Shown here piece by piece: positions 49,801 through 64,000 of a stretch of 64,000 bases of DNA; position 1 is the first letter of the stretch, and every line of letters starts with the position of its first letter. The position numbers and the translations under genes are program-made. The stretch covers positions 3,658,001-3,722,000 of the forward strand of contig OZ024745.1 of the NCBI GenBank assembly GCA_964016885.1, written 5' to 3'. The DNA comes from Eledone cirrhosa (taxonomy: Eukaryota). The notes beneath the pieces were generated by a model, which saw nothing but the letters and a program-made list of their open reading frames with translations, was not told the DNA's origin and did no database searches.

Positions 49801-52800
49801 GTGTTCAGTCTAAACTACTAGAAACTGTTCTAACCTGTCACCTGTCCCTAGTTCTGGTGTTCAGTCTAAACTACTAGAAACTGTTCTAACCTGTCACCTG
49901 TCCCTAGTTCTGGTGTTCAGTCTAAACTACTAGAAACTGTTCTAACCTGTCACCTGTCCCTAGTTCTGATGTTCAGTCTAAACTACTAGAAACTGTTAGA
50001 AGCTGTCACCTGTCCCTAGTTCTGGTGTTCAGTCTAAACTACTAGAAACTGTTATAACCTGTCACCTGTCCCTAGTTCTGGTGTTCAGTCTAAACTACTA
50101 GAAACTGTTCTAACCTGTCACCTGTCCCTAGTTCTGGTGTTCAGTCTAAACTACTAGAAACTGTTCTAACCTGTCACCTGTCCCTAGTTCTGGTGTTCAG
50201 TCTAAACTACTAGAAACTGTTCTAACCTGTCACCTGTTCCTAGTTCTGGTGTTCAGTCTAAACTACTAGAAACTGTTCTAACCTGTCACCTGTCCCTAGT
50301 TCTGGTGTTCAGTCTAAACTACTAGAAACTGTTCTAACCCGTCACCTGTCCCTAGTTCTAGTGTTCAGTCTAAACTACTAGAGACTGTTATAACCTGTCA
50401 CCTGTCCCTAGTTCTGGTGTTCAGGCTAAACTACTAGAGACTGTTATAACCTGTCACCTGTCCCTAGTTCTGGTGTTCAGGCTAAACTACTAGAGACTGT
50501 TATAACCTGTCACCTGTCCCTAGTTCTGGTGTTCAGTCTGAACTACTAGAAACTGTTATAACCTGTCACCTGTCCCTAGTTCTGGTGTTCAGTCTAAACT
50601 ACTAGAGACTGTTATAACCTGTCACCTGTCCCTAGTTCTGGTGTTCAGTCTAAACTACTAGAAACTGTTATAACCTGTCACCTGTCCCTAGTTCTGGTGT
50701 TCAGTCTAAACTACTAGAAACTGTTATAACCTGTCACCTGTCCCTAGTTCTGGTGTTCAGTCTAAACTACTAGAAACTGTTATAACCTGTCACTAGTTCC
50801 GGTGTTCAGTCTAAACGACTAGAGACTGTTATAAGCTGTCACCTGTCCCTAGTTCTGGCGTTCAGTCTAAACTACTAGAGACTGTTATAACCTGTCACCT
50901 GTCCCTATTTCTGGTGTTCAGTCTAAACTACTAGAAACTGTTATAAGCTGTCACCTGTCCCTAGTTCTGGTGTTCAGTCTAAACTACTAGAAACTGTTAT
51001 AAGCTGTCACCTGTCCCTAGTTCTGGTGTTCAATCTAAACTACTAGAGACTGTTATAACCTGTCACCTGTCCCTAGTTCTGGTGTTCAGTCTAAACTACT
51101 AGAAACTGTTCTAACCTGTCACCTGTCCCTAGTTCTGGTGTTCAGTCTAAACTACTAGAAACTGTTCTAACCTGTCACCTGTCCCTAGTTCTGGTGTTCA
51201 GTCTAAACTACTAGAAACTGTTCTAACCTGTCACCTGTCCCTAGTTCTGGTGTTCAGTCTAAACTACTAGAAACTGTTCTAACCTGTCACCTGTCCCTAG
51301 TTCTGATGTTCAGTCTAAACTACTAGAAACTGTTAGAAGCTGTCACCTGTCCCTAGTTCTGGTGTTCAGTCTAAACTACTAGAAACTGTTATAACCTGTC
51401 ACCTGTCCCTAGTTCTGGTGTTCAGTCTAAACTACTAGAAACTGTTCTAACCTGTCACCTGTCCCTAGTTCTGGTGTTCAGTCTAAACTACTAGAAACTG
51501 TTCTAACCTGTCACCTGTCCCTAGTTCTGGTGTTCAGTCTAAACTACTAGAAACTGTTCTAACCTGTCACCTGTTCCTAGTTCTGGTGTTCAGTCTAAAC
51601 TACTAGAAACTGTTCTAACCTGTCACCTGTCCCTAGTTCTGGTGTTCAGTCTAAACTACTAGAAACTGTTCTAACCCGTCACCTGTCCCTAGTTCTGGTG
51701 TTCAGCCTAAACTACTAGAAACTGGTAGAAGCTGTCACCTGTCCCTAGTTCTGGTGTTCAGTCTAAACTACTAGAAACTGTTATAACCTGTCACCTGTCC
51801 CTAGTTCTGGTGTTCAGTCTAAACTACGAGAAACTGTTATAACCTGTCACCTGTCCCTAGTTCTGGTGTTCAGTCTGAACTACTAGAAACTGTTATAACC
51901 TGTCACCTGTCCCTAGTTCTGGTGTTCAGTCTAAACTACTAGAAACTGTTCTAACCTGTCACCTGTCCCTAGTTCTGGTGTTCAGTCTAAACTACTAGAG
52001 ACTGTTATAACCTGTCACCTGTCCCTAGTTCTGGTGTTCAGTCTAAACTACTAGAGACTGTTATAAGCTGTCACCTGTCCCTAGTTCTGGTGTTCAGTCT
52101 AAACTACTAGAGACTGTTATAACCTGTCACCTGTCCCTAGTTCTGGTGTTCAGTCTAAACTACTAGAGACTGTTATAAGCTGTCACCTGTCCCTAGTTCT
52201 GGTGTTCAGTCTAAACTACTAGAAACTGTTATAACCTGTCACCTGTCCCTAGTTCTGGTGTTCAGTCTAAACTACTAGAAACTGTTATAACCTGTCACCT
52301 GTCCCTAGTTCTGGTGTTCAGTCTAAACTACTAGAAACTGTTATAACCTGTCACTAGTTCCGGTGTTCAGTCTAAACGACTAGAGACTGTTATAAGCTGT
52401 CACCTGTCCCTAGTTCTGGCGTTCAGTCTAAACTACTAGAGACTGTTATAACCTGTCACCTGTCCCTATTTCTGGTGTTCAGTCTAAACTACTAGAAACT
52501 GTTATAAGCTGTCACCTGTCCCTAGTTCTGGTGTTCAGTCTAAACTACTAGAAATTGTTATAAGCTGTCACCTGTCCCTAGTTCTGGTGTTCAATCTAAA
52601 CTACTAGAGACTGTTATAACCTGTCACCTGTCCCTAGTTCTGGTGTTCAGTCTAAACTACTAGAAACTGTTATAAGCTGTCACCTGTCCCTAGTTCTGGT
52701 GTTCAGTCTAAACTACTAGAAACTGTTATAACCTGTCACCTGTCCCTATTTCTGGTGTTCAGTCTAAACTACTAGAAACTGTTATAAGGTGGCACCTGTC

Positions 52801-55800
52801 CCTAGTTCTGGTGTTCAGTCTAAACTACTAGAGACTGTTATAAGCTGTCACCTGTCCCTAGTTCTGGTGTTCAGTCTAAACTACTAGAGACTGTTATAAC
52901 CTGTCACCTGTCCCTAGTTCTGGTGTTCAGTCTAAACTACTAGAAACTGTTATAACCTGTCACCTGTCCCTAGTTCTGGTGTTCAGTCTAAACTACTAGA
53001 AACTGTTATAAGCTGGCACCTATCCCTAGTTCTGGTGTTCAGTCTAAACTACTAGAGACTGTTATAAGCTGTCACCTGTCCCTAGTTCTGGTGTTCAGTC
53101 TAAACTACTAGAGACTGTTATAACCTGTCCCTAGTTCTGGTGTTCAGTCTAAACTACTAGAAACTGTTATAACCTGTCACCTGTCCCTATTTCTGGTGTT
53201 CAGTCTAAACTACTAGAAACTGTTATAAGCTGGCACCTGTCCCTAGTTCTGGTGTTCAGTCTAAACTACTAGAGACTGTTATAAGCTGTCACCTGTCCCT
53301 AGTTCTGGTGTTCAGTCTAAACTACTAGAGACTGTTATAACCTGTCACTAGTTCTGGTGTTCAGTCTAAACTACTAGAAACTGTTATAACCTGTCACCTG
53401 TCCCTAGTTCTGGTGTTCAGTCTAAACTACTAGAAACTGTTATAACCTGTCACCTGTCCCTAGTTCCGGTGTTCAGTCTAAACTACTAGAGACTGTTATA
53501 ACCTGTCACCTGTCCCTAGTTCTGGTGTTCAGGCTAAACTACTAGAGACTGTTATAACCTGTCACCTGTCCCTAGTTCTAGTGTTCAGTCTAAACTACTA
53601 GAAACTGTTCTAACCTGTCACCTGTCCCTAGTTCTGGTGTTCAGTCTAAACTACTAGAAACTGTTCTAACCTGTCACCTGTCCCTAGTTCTGGTGTTCAG
53701 TCTAAACTACTAGAAACTGTTCTAACCTGTCACCTGTCCCTAGTTCTGGTGTTCAGTCTAAACTACTAGAAACTGTTCTAACCTGTCACCTGTCCCTAGT
53801 TCTGGTGTTCAGTCTAAACTACTAGAAACTGTTCTAACCTGTCACCTGTCGCTAGTTCTGATGTTCAGTCTAAACTACTAGAAACTGTTAGAAGCTGTCA
53901 CCTGTCCCTAGTTCTGGTGTTCAGTCTAAACTACTAGAAACTGTTATAACCTGTCACCTGTCCCTAGTTCTGGTGTTCAGTCTAAACTACTAGAAACTGT
54001 TCTAACCTGTCACCTGTCCCTAGTTCTGGTGTTCAGTCTAAACTACTAGAAACTGTTCTAACCTGTCACCTGTCCCTAGTTCTGGTGTTCAGTCTAAACT
54101 ACTAGAAACTGTTCTAACCTGTCACCTGTTCCTAGTTCTGGTGTTCAGTCTAAACTACTAGAAACTGTTCTAACCTGTCACCTGTCCCTAGTTCTGGTGT
54201 TCAGTCTGAACTAATAGAAACTGTTATAACCTGTCACCTGTCCCTAGTTCTGGTGTTCAGTCTAAACTACTAGAGACTGTTATAACCTGTCACCTGTCCC
54301 TAGTTCTGGTGTTCAGTCTAAACTAATAGAAACTGTTATAACCTGTCACCTGTCCCTAGTTCTGGTGTTCAGTCTAAACTAATAGAAACTGTTATAACCT
54401 GTCACCTGTCCCTAGTTCTGGTGTTCAGTCTAAACTACTACAGACTGTTATAACCTGTCACCTGTCCCTAGTTCTGGTGTTCAGTCTAAACTAATAGAAA
54501 CTGTTATAACCTGTCCTTAGTTCTGGTGTTCAGTCTAAACTACTAGAGACTGTTATAACCTGTCACCTGTCCCTAGTTCTGGTGTTCAGTCTAAACTACT
54601 AGAGACTGTTATAACCTGTCACCTGTCCCTAGTTCTGGTGTTCAGTCTAAACTACTAGAAACTGTTATAACCTGTCACCTGTCCCTAGTTCTAGTGTTCA
54701 GTCTAAACTACTAGAAACTGTTCTAACCTGTCACCTGTCCCTAGTTCTGGTGTTCAGTCTAAACTACTAGAAACTGTTCTAACCTGTCACCTGTCCCTAG
54801 TTCTGGTGTTCAGTCTAAACTACTAGAAACTGTTCTAACCTGTCACCTGTCCCTAGTTCTGGTGTTCAGTCTAAACTACTAGAAACTGTTCTAACCTGTC
54901 ACCTGTCCCTAGTTCTGGTGTTCAGTCTAAACTACTAGAAACTGTTCTAACCTGTCACCTGTCCCTAGTTCTGATGTTCAGTCTAAACTACTAGAAACTG
55001 TTAGAAGCTGTCACCTGTCCCTAGTTCTGGTGTTCAGTCTAAACTACTAGAAACTGTTATAACCTGTCACCTGTCCCTAGTTCTGGTGTTCAGTCTAAAC
55101 TACTAGAAACTGTTATAACCTGTCACCTGTCCCTAGTTCTGGTGTTCAGTCTAAACTACTAGAAACTGTTCTAACCTGTCACCTGTCCCTAGTTCTGGTG
55201 TTCAGTCTAAACTACTAGAAACTGTTCTAACCCGTCACCTGTTCCTAGTTCTGGTGTTCAGTCTAAACTACTAGAAACTGTTCTAACCTGTCACCTGTCC
55301 CTAGTTCTGGTGTTCAGTCTAAACTACTAGAAACTGTTCTAACCCGTCACCTGTCCCTAGTTCTAGTGTTCAGTCTAAACTACTAGAGACTGTTATAACC
55401 TGTCACCTGTCCCTAGTTCTGGTGTTCAGGCTAAACTACTAGAGACTGTTATAACCTGTCACCTGTCCCTAGTTCTGGTGTTCAGGCTAAACTACTAGAG
55501 ACTGTTATAACCTGTCACCTGTCCCTAGTTCTGGTGTTCAGTCTGAACTACTAGAAACTGTTATAACCTGTCACCTGTCCCTAGTTCTGGTGTTCAGTCT
55601 AAACTACTAGAGACTGTTATAACCTGTCACCTGTCCCTAGTTCTGGTGTTCAGTCTAAACTACTAGAAACTGTTATAACCTGTCACCTGTCCCTAGTTCT
55701 GGTGCTCAGTCTAAACTACTAGAAACTGTTATAACCTGTCACCTGTCCCTAGTTCTGGTGTTCAGTCTAAACTACTAGAAACTGTTATAACCTGTCACTA

Positions 55801-58800
55801 GTTCCGGTGTTCAGTCTAAACGACTAGAGACTGTTATAAGCTGTCACCTGTCCCTAGTTCTGGCGTTCAGTCTAAACTACTAGAGACTGTTATAACCTGT
55901 CACCTGTCCCTATTTCTGGTGTTCAGTCTAAACTACTAGAAACTGTTATAAGCTGTCACCTGTCCCTAGTTCTGGTGTTCAGTCTAAACTACTAGAAACT
56001 GTTATAAGCTGTCACCTGTCCCTAGTTCTGGTGTTCAATCTAAACTACTAGAGACTGTTATAACCTGTCACCTGTCCCTAGTTCTGGTGTTCAGTCTAAA
56101 CTACTAGAAACTGTTCTAACCTGTCACCTGTCCCTAGTTCTGGTGTTCAGTCTAAACTACTAGAAACTGTTCTAACCTGTCACCTGTCCCTAGTTCTGGT
56201 GTTCAGTCTAAACTACTAGAAACTGTTCTAACCTGTCACCTGTCCCTAGTTCTGGTGTTCAGTCTAAACTACTAGAAACTGTTCTAACCTGTCACCTGTC
56301 CCTAGTTCTGATGTTCAGTCTAAACTACTAGAAACTGTTAGAAGCTGTCACCTGTCCCTAGTTCTGGTGTTCAGTCTAAACTACTAGAAACTGTTATAAC
56401 CTGTCACCTGTCCCTAGTTCTGGTGTTCAGTCTAAACTACTAGAAACTGTTCTAACCTGTCACCTGTCCCTAGTTCTGGTGTTCAGTCTAAACTACTAGA
56501 AACTGTTCTAACCTGTCACCTGTCCCTAGTTCTGGTGTTCAGTCTAAACTACTAGAAACTGTTCTAACCTGTCACCTGTTCCTAGTTCTGGTGTTCAGTC
56601 TAAACTACTAGAAACTTTTCTAACCTGTCACCTGTCCCTAGTTCTGGTGTTCAGTCTAAACTACTAGAAACTGTTCTAACCCGTCACCTGTCCCTAGTTC
56701 TGGTGTTCAGTCTAAACTACTAGAAACTGGTAGAAGCTGTCACCTGTCCCTAGTTCTGGTGTTCAGTCTAAACTACTAGAAACTGTTATAACCTGTCACC
56801 TGTCCCTAGTTCTGGTGTTCAGTCTAAACTACGAGAAACTGTTATAACCTGTCACCTGTCCCTAGTTCTGGTGTTCAGTCTGAACTACTAGAAACTGTTA
56901 TAACCTGTCACCTGTCCCTAGTTCTGGTGTTCAGTCTAAACTACTAGAAACTGTTCTAACCTGTCACCTGTCCCTAGTTCTGGTGTTCAGTCTAAACTAC
57001 TAGAGACTGTTATAACCTGTCACCTGTCCCTAGTTCTGGTGTTCAGTCTAAACTACTAGAGACTGTTATAAGCTGTCACCTGTCCCTAGTTCTGGTGTTC
57101 AGTCTAAACTACTAGAGACTGTTATAACCTGTCACCTGTCCCTAGTTCTGGTGTTCAGTCTAAACTACTAGAGACTGTTATAAGCTGTCACCTGTCCCTA
57201 GTTCTGGTGTTCAGTCTAAACTACTAGAAACTGTTATAACCTGTCACCTGTCCCTAGTTCTGGTGTTCAGTCTAAACTACTAGAAACTGTTATAACCTGT
57301 CACCTGTCCCTAGTTCTGGTGTTCAGTCTAAACTACTAGAAACTGTTATAACCTGTCACTAGTTCCGGTGTTCAGTCTAAACGACTAGAGACTGTTATAA
57401 GCTGTCACCTGTCCCTAGTTCTGGCGTTCAGTCTAAACTACTAGAGACTGTTATAACCTGTCACCTGTCCCTATTTCTGGTGTTCAGTCTAAACTACTAG
57501 AAATTGTTATAAGCTGTCACCTGTCCCTAGTTCTGGTGTTCAATCTAAACTACTAGAGACTGTTATAACCTGTCACCTGTCAATAGTTCTGGTGTTCAGT
57601 CTAAACTACTAGAAACTGTTATAAGCTGTCACCTGTCCCTAGTTCTGGTGTTCAGTCTAAACTACTAGAAACTGTTATAACCTGTCACCTGTCCCTATTT
57701 CTGGTGTTCAGTCTAAACTACTAGAAACTGTTATAAGGTGGCACCTGTCCCTAGTTCTGGTGTTCAGTCTAAACTACTAGAGACTGTTATAAGCTGTCAC
57801 CTGTCCCTAGTTCTGGTGTTCAGTCTAAACTACTAGAGACTGTTATAACCTGTCACCTGTCCCTAGTTCTGGTGTTCAGTCTAAACTACTAGAAACTGTT
57901 ATAACCTGTCACCTGTCCCTAGTTCTGGTGTTCAGTCTAAACTACTAGAAACTGTTATAAGCTGGCACCTATCCCTAGTTCTGGTGTTCAGTCTAAACTA
58001 CTAGAGACTGTTATAAGCTGTCACCTGTCCCTAGTTCTGGTGTTCAGTCTAAACTACTAGAGACTGTTATAACCTGTCCCTAGTTCTGGTGTTCAGTCTA
58101 AACTACTAGAAACTGTTATAACCTGTCACCTGTCCCTATTTCTGGTGTTCAGTCTAAACTACTAGAAACTGTTATAAGCTGGCACCTGTCCCTAGTTCTG
58201 GTGTTCAGTCTAAACTACTAGAGACTGTTATAAGCTGTCACCTGTCCCTAGTTCTGGTGTTCAGTCTAAACTACTAGAGACTGTTATAACCTGTCACTAG
58301 TTCTGGTGTTCAGTCTAAACTACTAGAAACTGTTATAACCTGTCACCTGTCCCTAGTTCTGGTGTTCAGTCTAAACTACTAGAAACTGTTATAACCTGTC
58401 ACCTGTCCCTAGTTCCGGTGTTCAGTCTAAACTACTAGAGACTGTTATAACCTGTCACCTGTCCCTAGTTCTGGTGTTCAGGCTAAACTACTAGAGACTG
58501 TTATAACCTGTCACCTGTCCCTAGTTCTAGTGTTCAGTCTAAACTACTAGAGACTGTTATAACCGGTCACCTGTCCCTAGTTCTGGTGTTCAGGCTAAAC
58601 TACTAGAGACTGTTATAACCTGTCACCTGTCCCTAGTTCTAGTGTTCAGTCTAAACTACTAGAAACTGTTCTAACCTGTCACCTGTCCCTAGTTCTGGTG
58701 TTCAGTCTAAACTACTAGAAACTGTTCTAACCTGTCACCTGTCCCTAGTTCTGGTGTTCAGTCTAAACTACTAGAAACTGTTCTAACCTGTCACCTGTCC

Positions 58801-61800
58801 CTAGTTCTGGTGTTCAGTCTAAACTACTAGAAACTGTTCTAACCTGTCACCTGTCCCTAGTTCTGGTGTTCAGTCTAAACTACTAGAAACTGTTCTAACC
58901 TGTCACCTGTCCCTAGTTCTGGTGTTCAGTCTAAACTACTAGAAACTGTTCTAACCTGTCACCTGTCCCTAGTTCTGATGTTCAGTCTAAACTACTAGAA
59001 ACTGTTAGAAGCTGTCACCTGTCCCTAGTTCTGGTGTTCAGTCTAAACTACTAGAAACTGTTATAACCTGTCACCTGTCCCTAGTTCTGGTGTTCAGTCT
59101 AAACTACTAGAAACTGTTCTAACCTGTCACCTGTCCCTAGTTCTGGTGTTCAGTCTAAACTACTAGAAACTGTTCTAACCTGTCACCTGTCCCTAGTTCT
59201 GGTGTTCAGTCTAAACTACTAGAAACTGTTCTAACCTGTCACCTGTTCCTAGTTCTGGTGTTCAGTCTAAACTACTAGAAACTGTTCTAACCTGTCACCT
59301 GTCCCTAGTTCTGGTGTTCAGTCTGAACTAATAGAAACTGTTATAACCTGTCACCTGTCCCTAGTTCTGGTGTTCAGTCTAAACTACTAGAGACTGTTAT
59401 AACCTGTCACCTGTCCCTAGTTCTGGTGTTCAGTCTAAACTAATAGAAACTGTTATAACCTGTCACCTGTCCCTAGTTCTGGTGTTCAGTCTAAACTAAT
59501 AGAAACTGTTATAACCTGTCACCTGTCCCTAGTTCTGGTGTTCAGTCTAAACTACTACAGACTGTTATAACCTGTCACCTGTCCCTAGTTCTGGTGTTCA
59601 GTCTAAACTAATAGAAACTGTTATAACCTGTCCTTAGTTCTGGTGTTCAGTCTAAACTACTAGAGACTGTTATAACCTGTCACCTGTCCCTAGTTCTGGT
59701 GTTCAGTCTAAACTACTAGAGACTGTTATAACCTGTCACCTGTCCCTAGTTCTGGTGTTCAGTCTAAACTACTAAAAACTGTTATAACCTGTCACCTGTC
59801 CCTAGTTCTAGTGTTCAGTCTAAACTACTAGAAACTGTTCTAACCTGTCACCTGTCCCTAGTTCTGGTGTTCAGTCTAAACTACTAGAAACTGTTCTAAC
59901 CTGTCACCTGTCCCTAGTTCTGGTGTTCAGTCTAAACTTCTAGAAACTGTTCTAACCTGTCACCTGTCCCTAGTTCTGGTGTTCAGTCTAAACTACTAGA
60001 AACTGTTCTAACCTGTCACCTGTCCCTAGTTCTGGTGTTCAGTCTAAACTACTAGAAACTGTTCTAACCTGTCACCTGTCCCTAGTTCTGATGTTCAGTC
60101 TAAACTACTAGAAACTGTTAGAAGCTGTCACCTGTCCCTAGTTCTGGTGTTCAGTCTAAACTACTAGAAACTGTTATAACCTGTCACCTGTCCCTAGTTC
60201 TGGTGTTCAGTCTAAACTACTAGAAACTGTTCTAACCTGTCACCTGTCCCTAGTTCTGGTGTTCAGTCTAAACTACTAGAAACTGTTCTAACCTGTCACC
60301 TGTCCCTAGTTCTGGTGTTCAGTCTAAACTACTAGAAACTGTTCTAACCTGTCACCTGTTCCTAGTTCTGGTGTTCAGTCTAAACTACTAGAAACTGTTC
60401 TAACCTGTCACCTGTCCCTAGTTCTGGTGTTCAGTCTAAACTACTAGAAACTGTTCTAACCCGTCACCTGTCCCTAGTTCTAGTGTTCAGTCTAAACTAC
60501 TAGAGACTGTTATAACCTGTCACCTGTCCCTAGTTCTGGTGTTCAGGCTAAACTACTAGAGACTGTTATAACCTGTCACCTGTCCCTAGTTCTGGTGTTC
60601 AGGCTAAACTACTAGAGACTGTTATAACCTGTCACCTGTCCCTAGTTCTGGTGTTCAGTCTGAACTACTAGAAACTGTTATAACCTGTCACCTGTCCCTA
60701 GTTCTGGTGTTCAGTCTAAACTACTAGAAACTGTTATAACCTGTCACCTGTCCCTAGTTCTGGTGTTCAGTCTAAACTACTAGAAACTGTTATAACCTGT
60801 CACCTGTCCCTAGTTCTGGTGCTCAGTCTAAACTACTAGAAACTGTTATAACCTGTCACCTGTCCCTAGTTCTGGTGTTCAGTCTAAACTACTAGAAACT
60901 GTTATAACCTGTCACTAGTTCCGGTGTTCAGTCTAAACGACTAGAGACTGTTATAAGCTGTCACCTGTCCCTAGTTCTGGCGTTCAGTCTAAACTACTAG
61001 AGACTGTTACAACCTGTCACCTGTCCCTATTTCTGGTGTTCAGTCTAAACTACTAGAAACTGTTATAAGCTGTCACCTGTCCCTAGTTCTGGTGTTCAGT
61101 CTAAACTACTAGAAACTGTTATAAGCTGTCACCTGTCCCTAGTTCTGGTGTTCAATCTAAACTACTAGAGACTGTTATAACCTGTCACCTGTCCCTAGTT
61201 CTGGTGTTCAGTCTAAACTACTAGAAACTGTTCTAACCTGTCACCTGTCCCTAGTTCTGGTGTTCAGTCTAAACTACTAGAAACTGTTCTAACCTGTCAC
61301 CTGTCCCTAGTTCTGGTGTTCAGTCTAAACTACTAGAAACTGTTCTAACCTGTCACCTGTCCCTAGTTCTGGTGTTCAGTCTAAACTACTAGAAACTGTT
61401 CTAACCTGTCACCTGTCCCTAGTTCTGATGTTCAGTCTAAACTACTAGAAACTGTTAGAAGCTGTCACCTGTCCCTAGTTCTGGTGTTCAGTCTAAACTA
61501 CTAGAAACTGTTATAACCTGTCACCTGTCCCTAGTTCTGGTGTTCAGTCTAAACTACTAGAAACTGTTCTAACCTGTCACCTGTCCCTAGTTCTGGTGTT
61601 CAGTCTAAACTACTAGAAACTGTTCTAACCTGTCACCTGTCCCTAGTTCTGGTGTTCAGTCTAAACTACTAGAAACTGTTCTAACCTGTCACCTGTTCCT
61701 AGTTCTGGTGTTCAGTCTAAACTACTAGAAACTGTTCTAACCTGTCACCTGTCCCTAGTTCTGGTGTTCAGTCTAAACTACTAGAAACTGTTCTAACCCG

Positions 61801-64000
61801 TCACCTGTCCCTAGTTCTGGTGTTCAGTCTAAACTACTAGAAACTGGTAGAAGCTGTCACCTGTCCCTAGTTCTGGTGTTCAGTCTAAACTACTAGAAAC
61901 TGTTATAACCTGTCACCTGTCCCTAGTTCTGGTGTTCAGTCTAAACTACGAGAAACTGTTATAACCTGTCACCTGTCCCTAGTTCTGGTGTTCAGTCTGA
62001 ACTACTAGAAACTGTTATAACCTGTCACCTGTCCCTAGTTCTGGTGTTCAGTCTAAACTACTAGAAACTGTTCTAACCTGTCACCTGTCCCTAGTTCTGG
62101 TGTTCAGTCTAAACTACTAGAGACTGTTATAACCTGTCACCTGTCCCTAGTTCTGGTGTTCAGTCTAAACTACTAGAGACTGTTATAAGCTGTCACCTGT
62201 CCCTAGTTCTGGTGTTCAGTCTAAACTACTAGAGACTGTTATAACCTGTCACCTGTCCCTAGTTCTGGTGTTCAGTCTAAACTACTAGAGATTGTTATAA
62301 GCTGTCACCTGTCCCTAGTTCTGGTGTTCAGTCTAAACTACTAGAAACTGTTATAAGCTGTCACCTGTCCCTAGTTCTGGTGTTCAGTCTAAACTACTAG
62401 AAACTGTTATAACCTGTCACCTGTCCCTATTTCTGGTGTTCAGTCTAAACTACTAGAAACTGTTATAAGGTGGCACCTGTCCCTAGTTCTGGTGTTCAGT
62501 CTAAACTACTAGAGACTGTTATAAGCTGTCACCTGTCCCTAGTTCTGGTGTTCAGTCTAAACTACTAGAGACTGTTATAACCTGTCACCTGTCCCTAGTT
62601 CTGGTGTTCAGTCTAAACTACTAGAAACTGTTATAACCTGTCACCTGTCCCTAGTTCTGGTGTTCAGTCTAAACTACTAGAAACTGTTATAAGCTGGCAC
62701 CTATCCCTAGTTCTGGTGTTCAGTCTAAACTACTAGAGACTGTTATAAGCTGTCACCTGTCCCTAGTTCTGGTGTTCAGTCTAAACTACTAGAGACTGTT
62801 ATAACCTGTCCCTAGTTCTGGTGTTCAGTCTAAACTACTAGAAACTGTTATAACCTGTCACCTGTCCCTATTTCTGGTGTTCAGTCTAAACTACTAGAAA
62901 CTGTTATAAGCTGGCACCTGTCCCTAGTTCTGGTGTTCAGTCTAAACTACTAGAGACTGTTATAAGCTGTCACCTGTCCCTAGTTCTGGTGTTCAGTCTA
63001 AACTACTAGAGACTGTTATAACCTGTCACTAGTTCTGGTGTTCAGTCTAAACTACTAGAAACTGTTATAACCTGTCACCTGTCCCTAGTTCTGGTGTTCA
63101 GTCTAAACTACTAGAAACTGTTATAACCTGTCACCTGTCCCTAGTTCCGGTGTTCAGTCTAAACTACTAGAGACTGTTATAACCTGTCACCTGTCCCTAG
63201 TTCTGGTGTTCAGGCTAAACTACTAGAGACTGTTATAACCTGTCACCTGTCCCTAGTTCTAGTGTTCAGTCTAAACTACTAGAGACTGTTATAACCGGTC
63301 ACCTGTCCCTAGTTCTGGTGTTCAGGCTAAACTACTAGAGACTGTTATAACCTGTCACCTGTCCCTAGTTCTAGTGTTCAGTCTAAACTACTAGAAACTG
63401 TTCTAACCTGTCACCTGTCCCTAGTTCTGGTGTTCAGTCTAAACTACTAGAAACTGTTCTAACCTGTCACCTGTCCCTAGTTCTGGTGTTCAGTCTAAAC
63501 TACTAGAAACTGTTCTAACCTGTCACCTGTCCCTAGTTCTGGTGTTCAGTCTAAACTACTAGAAACTGTTCTAACCTGTCACCTGTCCCTAGTTCTGGTG
63601 TTCAGTCTAAACTACTAGAAACTGTTCTAACCTGTCACCTGTCCCTAGTTCTGATGTTCAGTCTAAACTACTAGAAACTGTTAGAAGCTGTCACCTGTCC
63701 CTAGTTCTGGTGTTCAGTCTAAACTACTAGAAACTGTTATAACCTGTCACCTGTCCCTAGTTCTGGTGTTCAGTCTAAACTACTAGAAACTGTTCTAACC
63801 TGTCACCTGTCCCTAGTTCTGGTGTTCAGTCTAAACTACTAGAAACTGTTCTAACCGGTCACCTGTCCCTAGTTCTGGTGTTCAGTCTAAACTACTAGAA
63901 ACTGTTCTAACCTGTCACCTGTTCCTAGTTCTGGTGTTCAGTCTAAACTACTAGAAACTGTTCTAACCTGTCACCTGTCCCTAGTTCTGGTGTTCAGTCT
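37856..64000. repeat. 56-bp tandem satellite array, ~465 copies, truncated by the right window edge
   Basis: Consensus CTAGTTCTGGTGTTCAGTCTAAACTACTAGA(A/G)ACTGTT(A/C)TAA(C/G)CTGTCACCTGTCC. The 49-bp variants lack one ACCTGTC copy. Confidence 0.99.

Noticed and set aside
37856-64000. Repetitive protein-coding region or CRISPR array
   Set aside because: The 56-bp unit is not a multiple of 3, stops are frequent on both strands, no ORFs are called and there are no spacers.

Overview
AT-rich animal genomic DNA. The SINE, RTE and Helitron families look like coleoid cephalopod (octopus) repeats, which is an inference. A ~17 kb island (20952-37850) lies between two large tandem satellite arrays: a 29-bp array (1-20951, ~720 copies) and a 56-bp array (~37856-64000, ~465 copies), each with multi-kb higher-order repeats. 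The island carries five minus-strand coding exons of the cohesin-loader gene MAU2/SCC4 (66, 96, 123, 156 and 76 nt). No further MAU2 exons are visible, so both satellites appear to lie inside MAU2 introns. The introns also hold a 5'-truncated but frame-intact RTE-clade LINE whose reverse transcriptase carries an inserted PHD-type zinc finger. Other intronic elements are several tRNA-derived SINEs, a non-autonomous Helitron, two TTAA-type MITEs, a fold-back LINE end, and a TA-rich minisatellite that received five retro-insertions. The main observations are three. The 29-bp satellite appears to have been amplified from a SINE/RTE 3'-tail module. Its monomer reads as a branch point/pyrimidine/CAG decoy on the MAU2 sense strand. 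One MAU2 acceptor has a minor-spliceosome (U12) signature.
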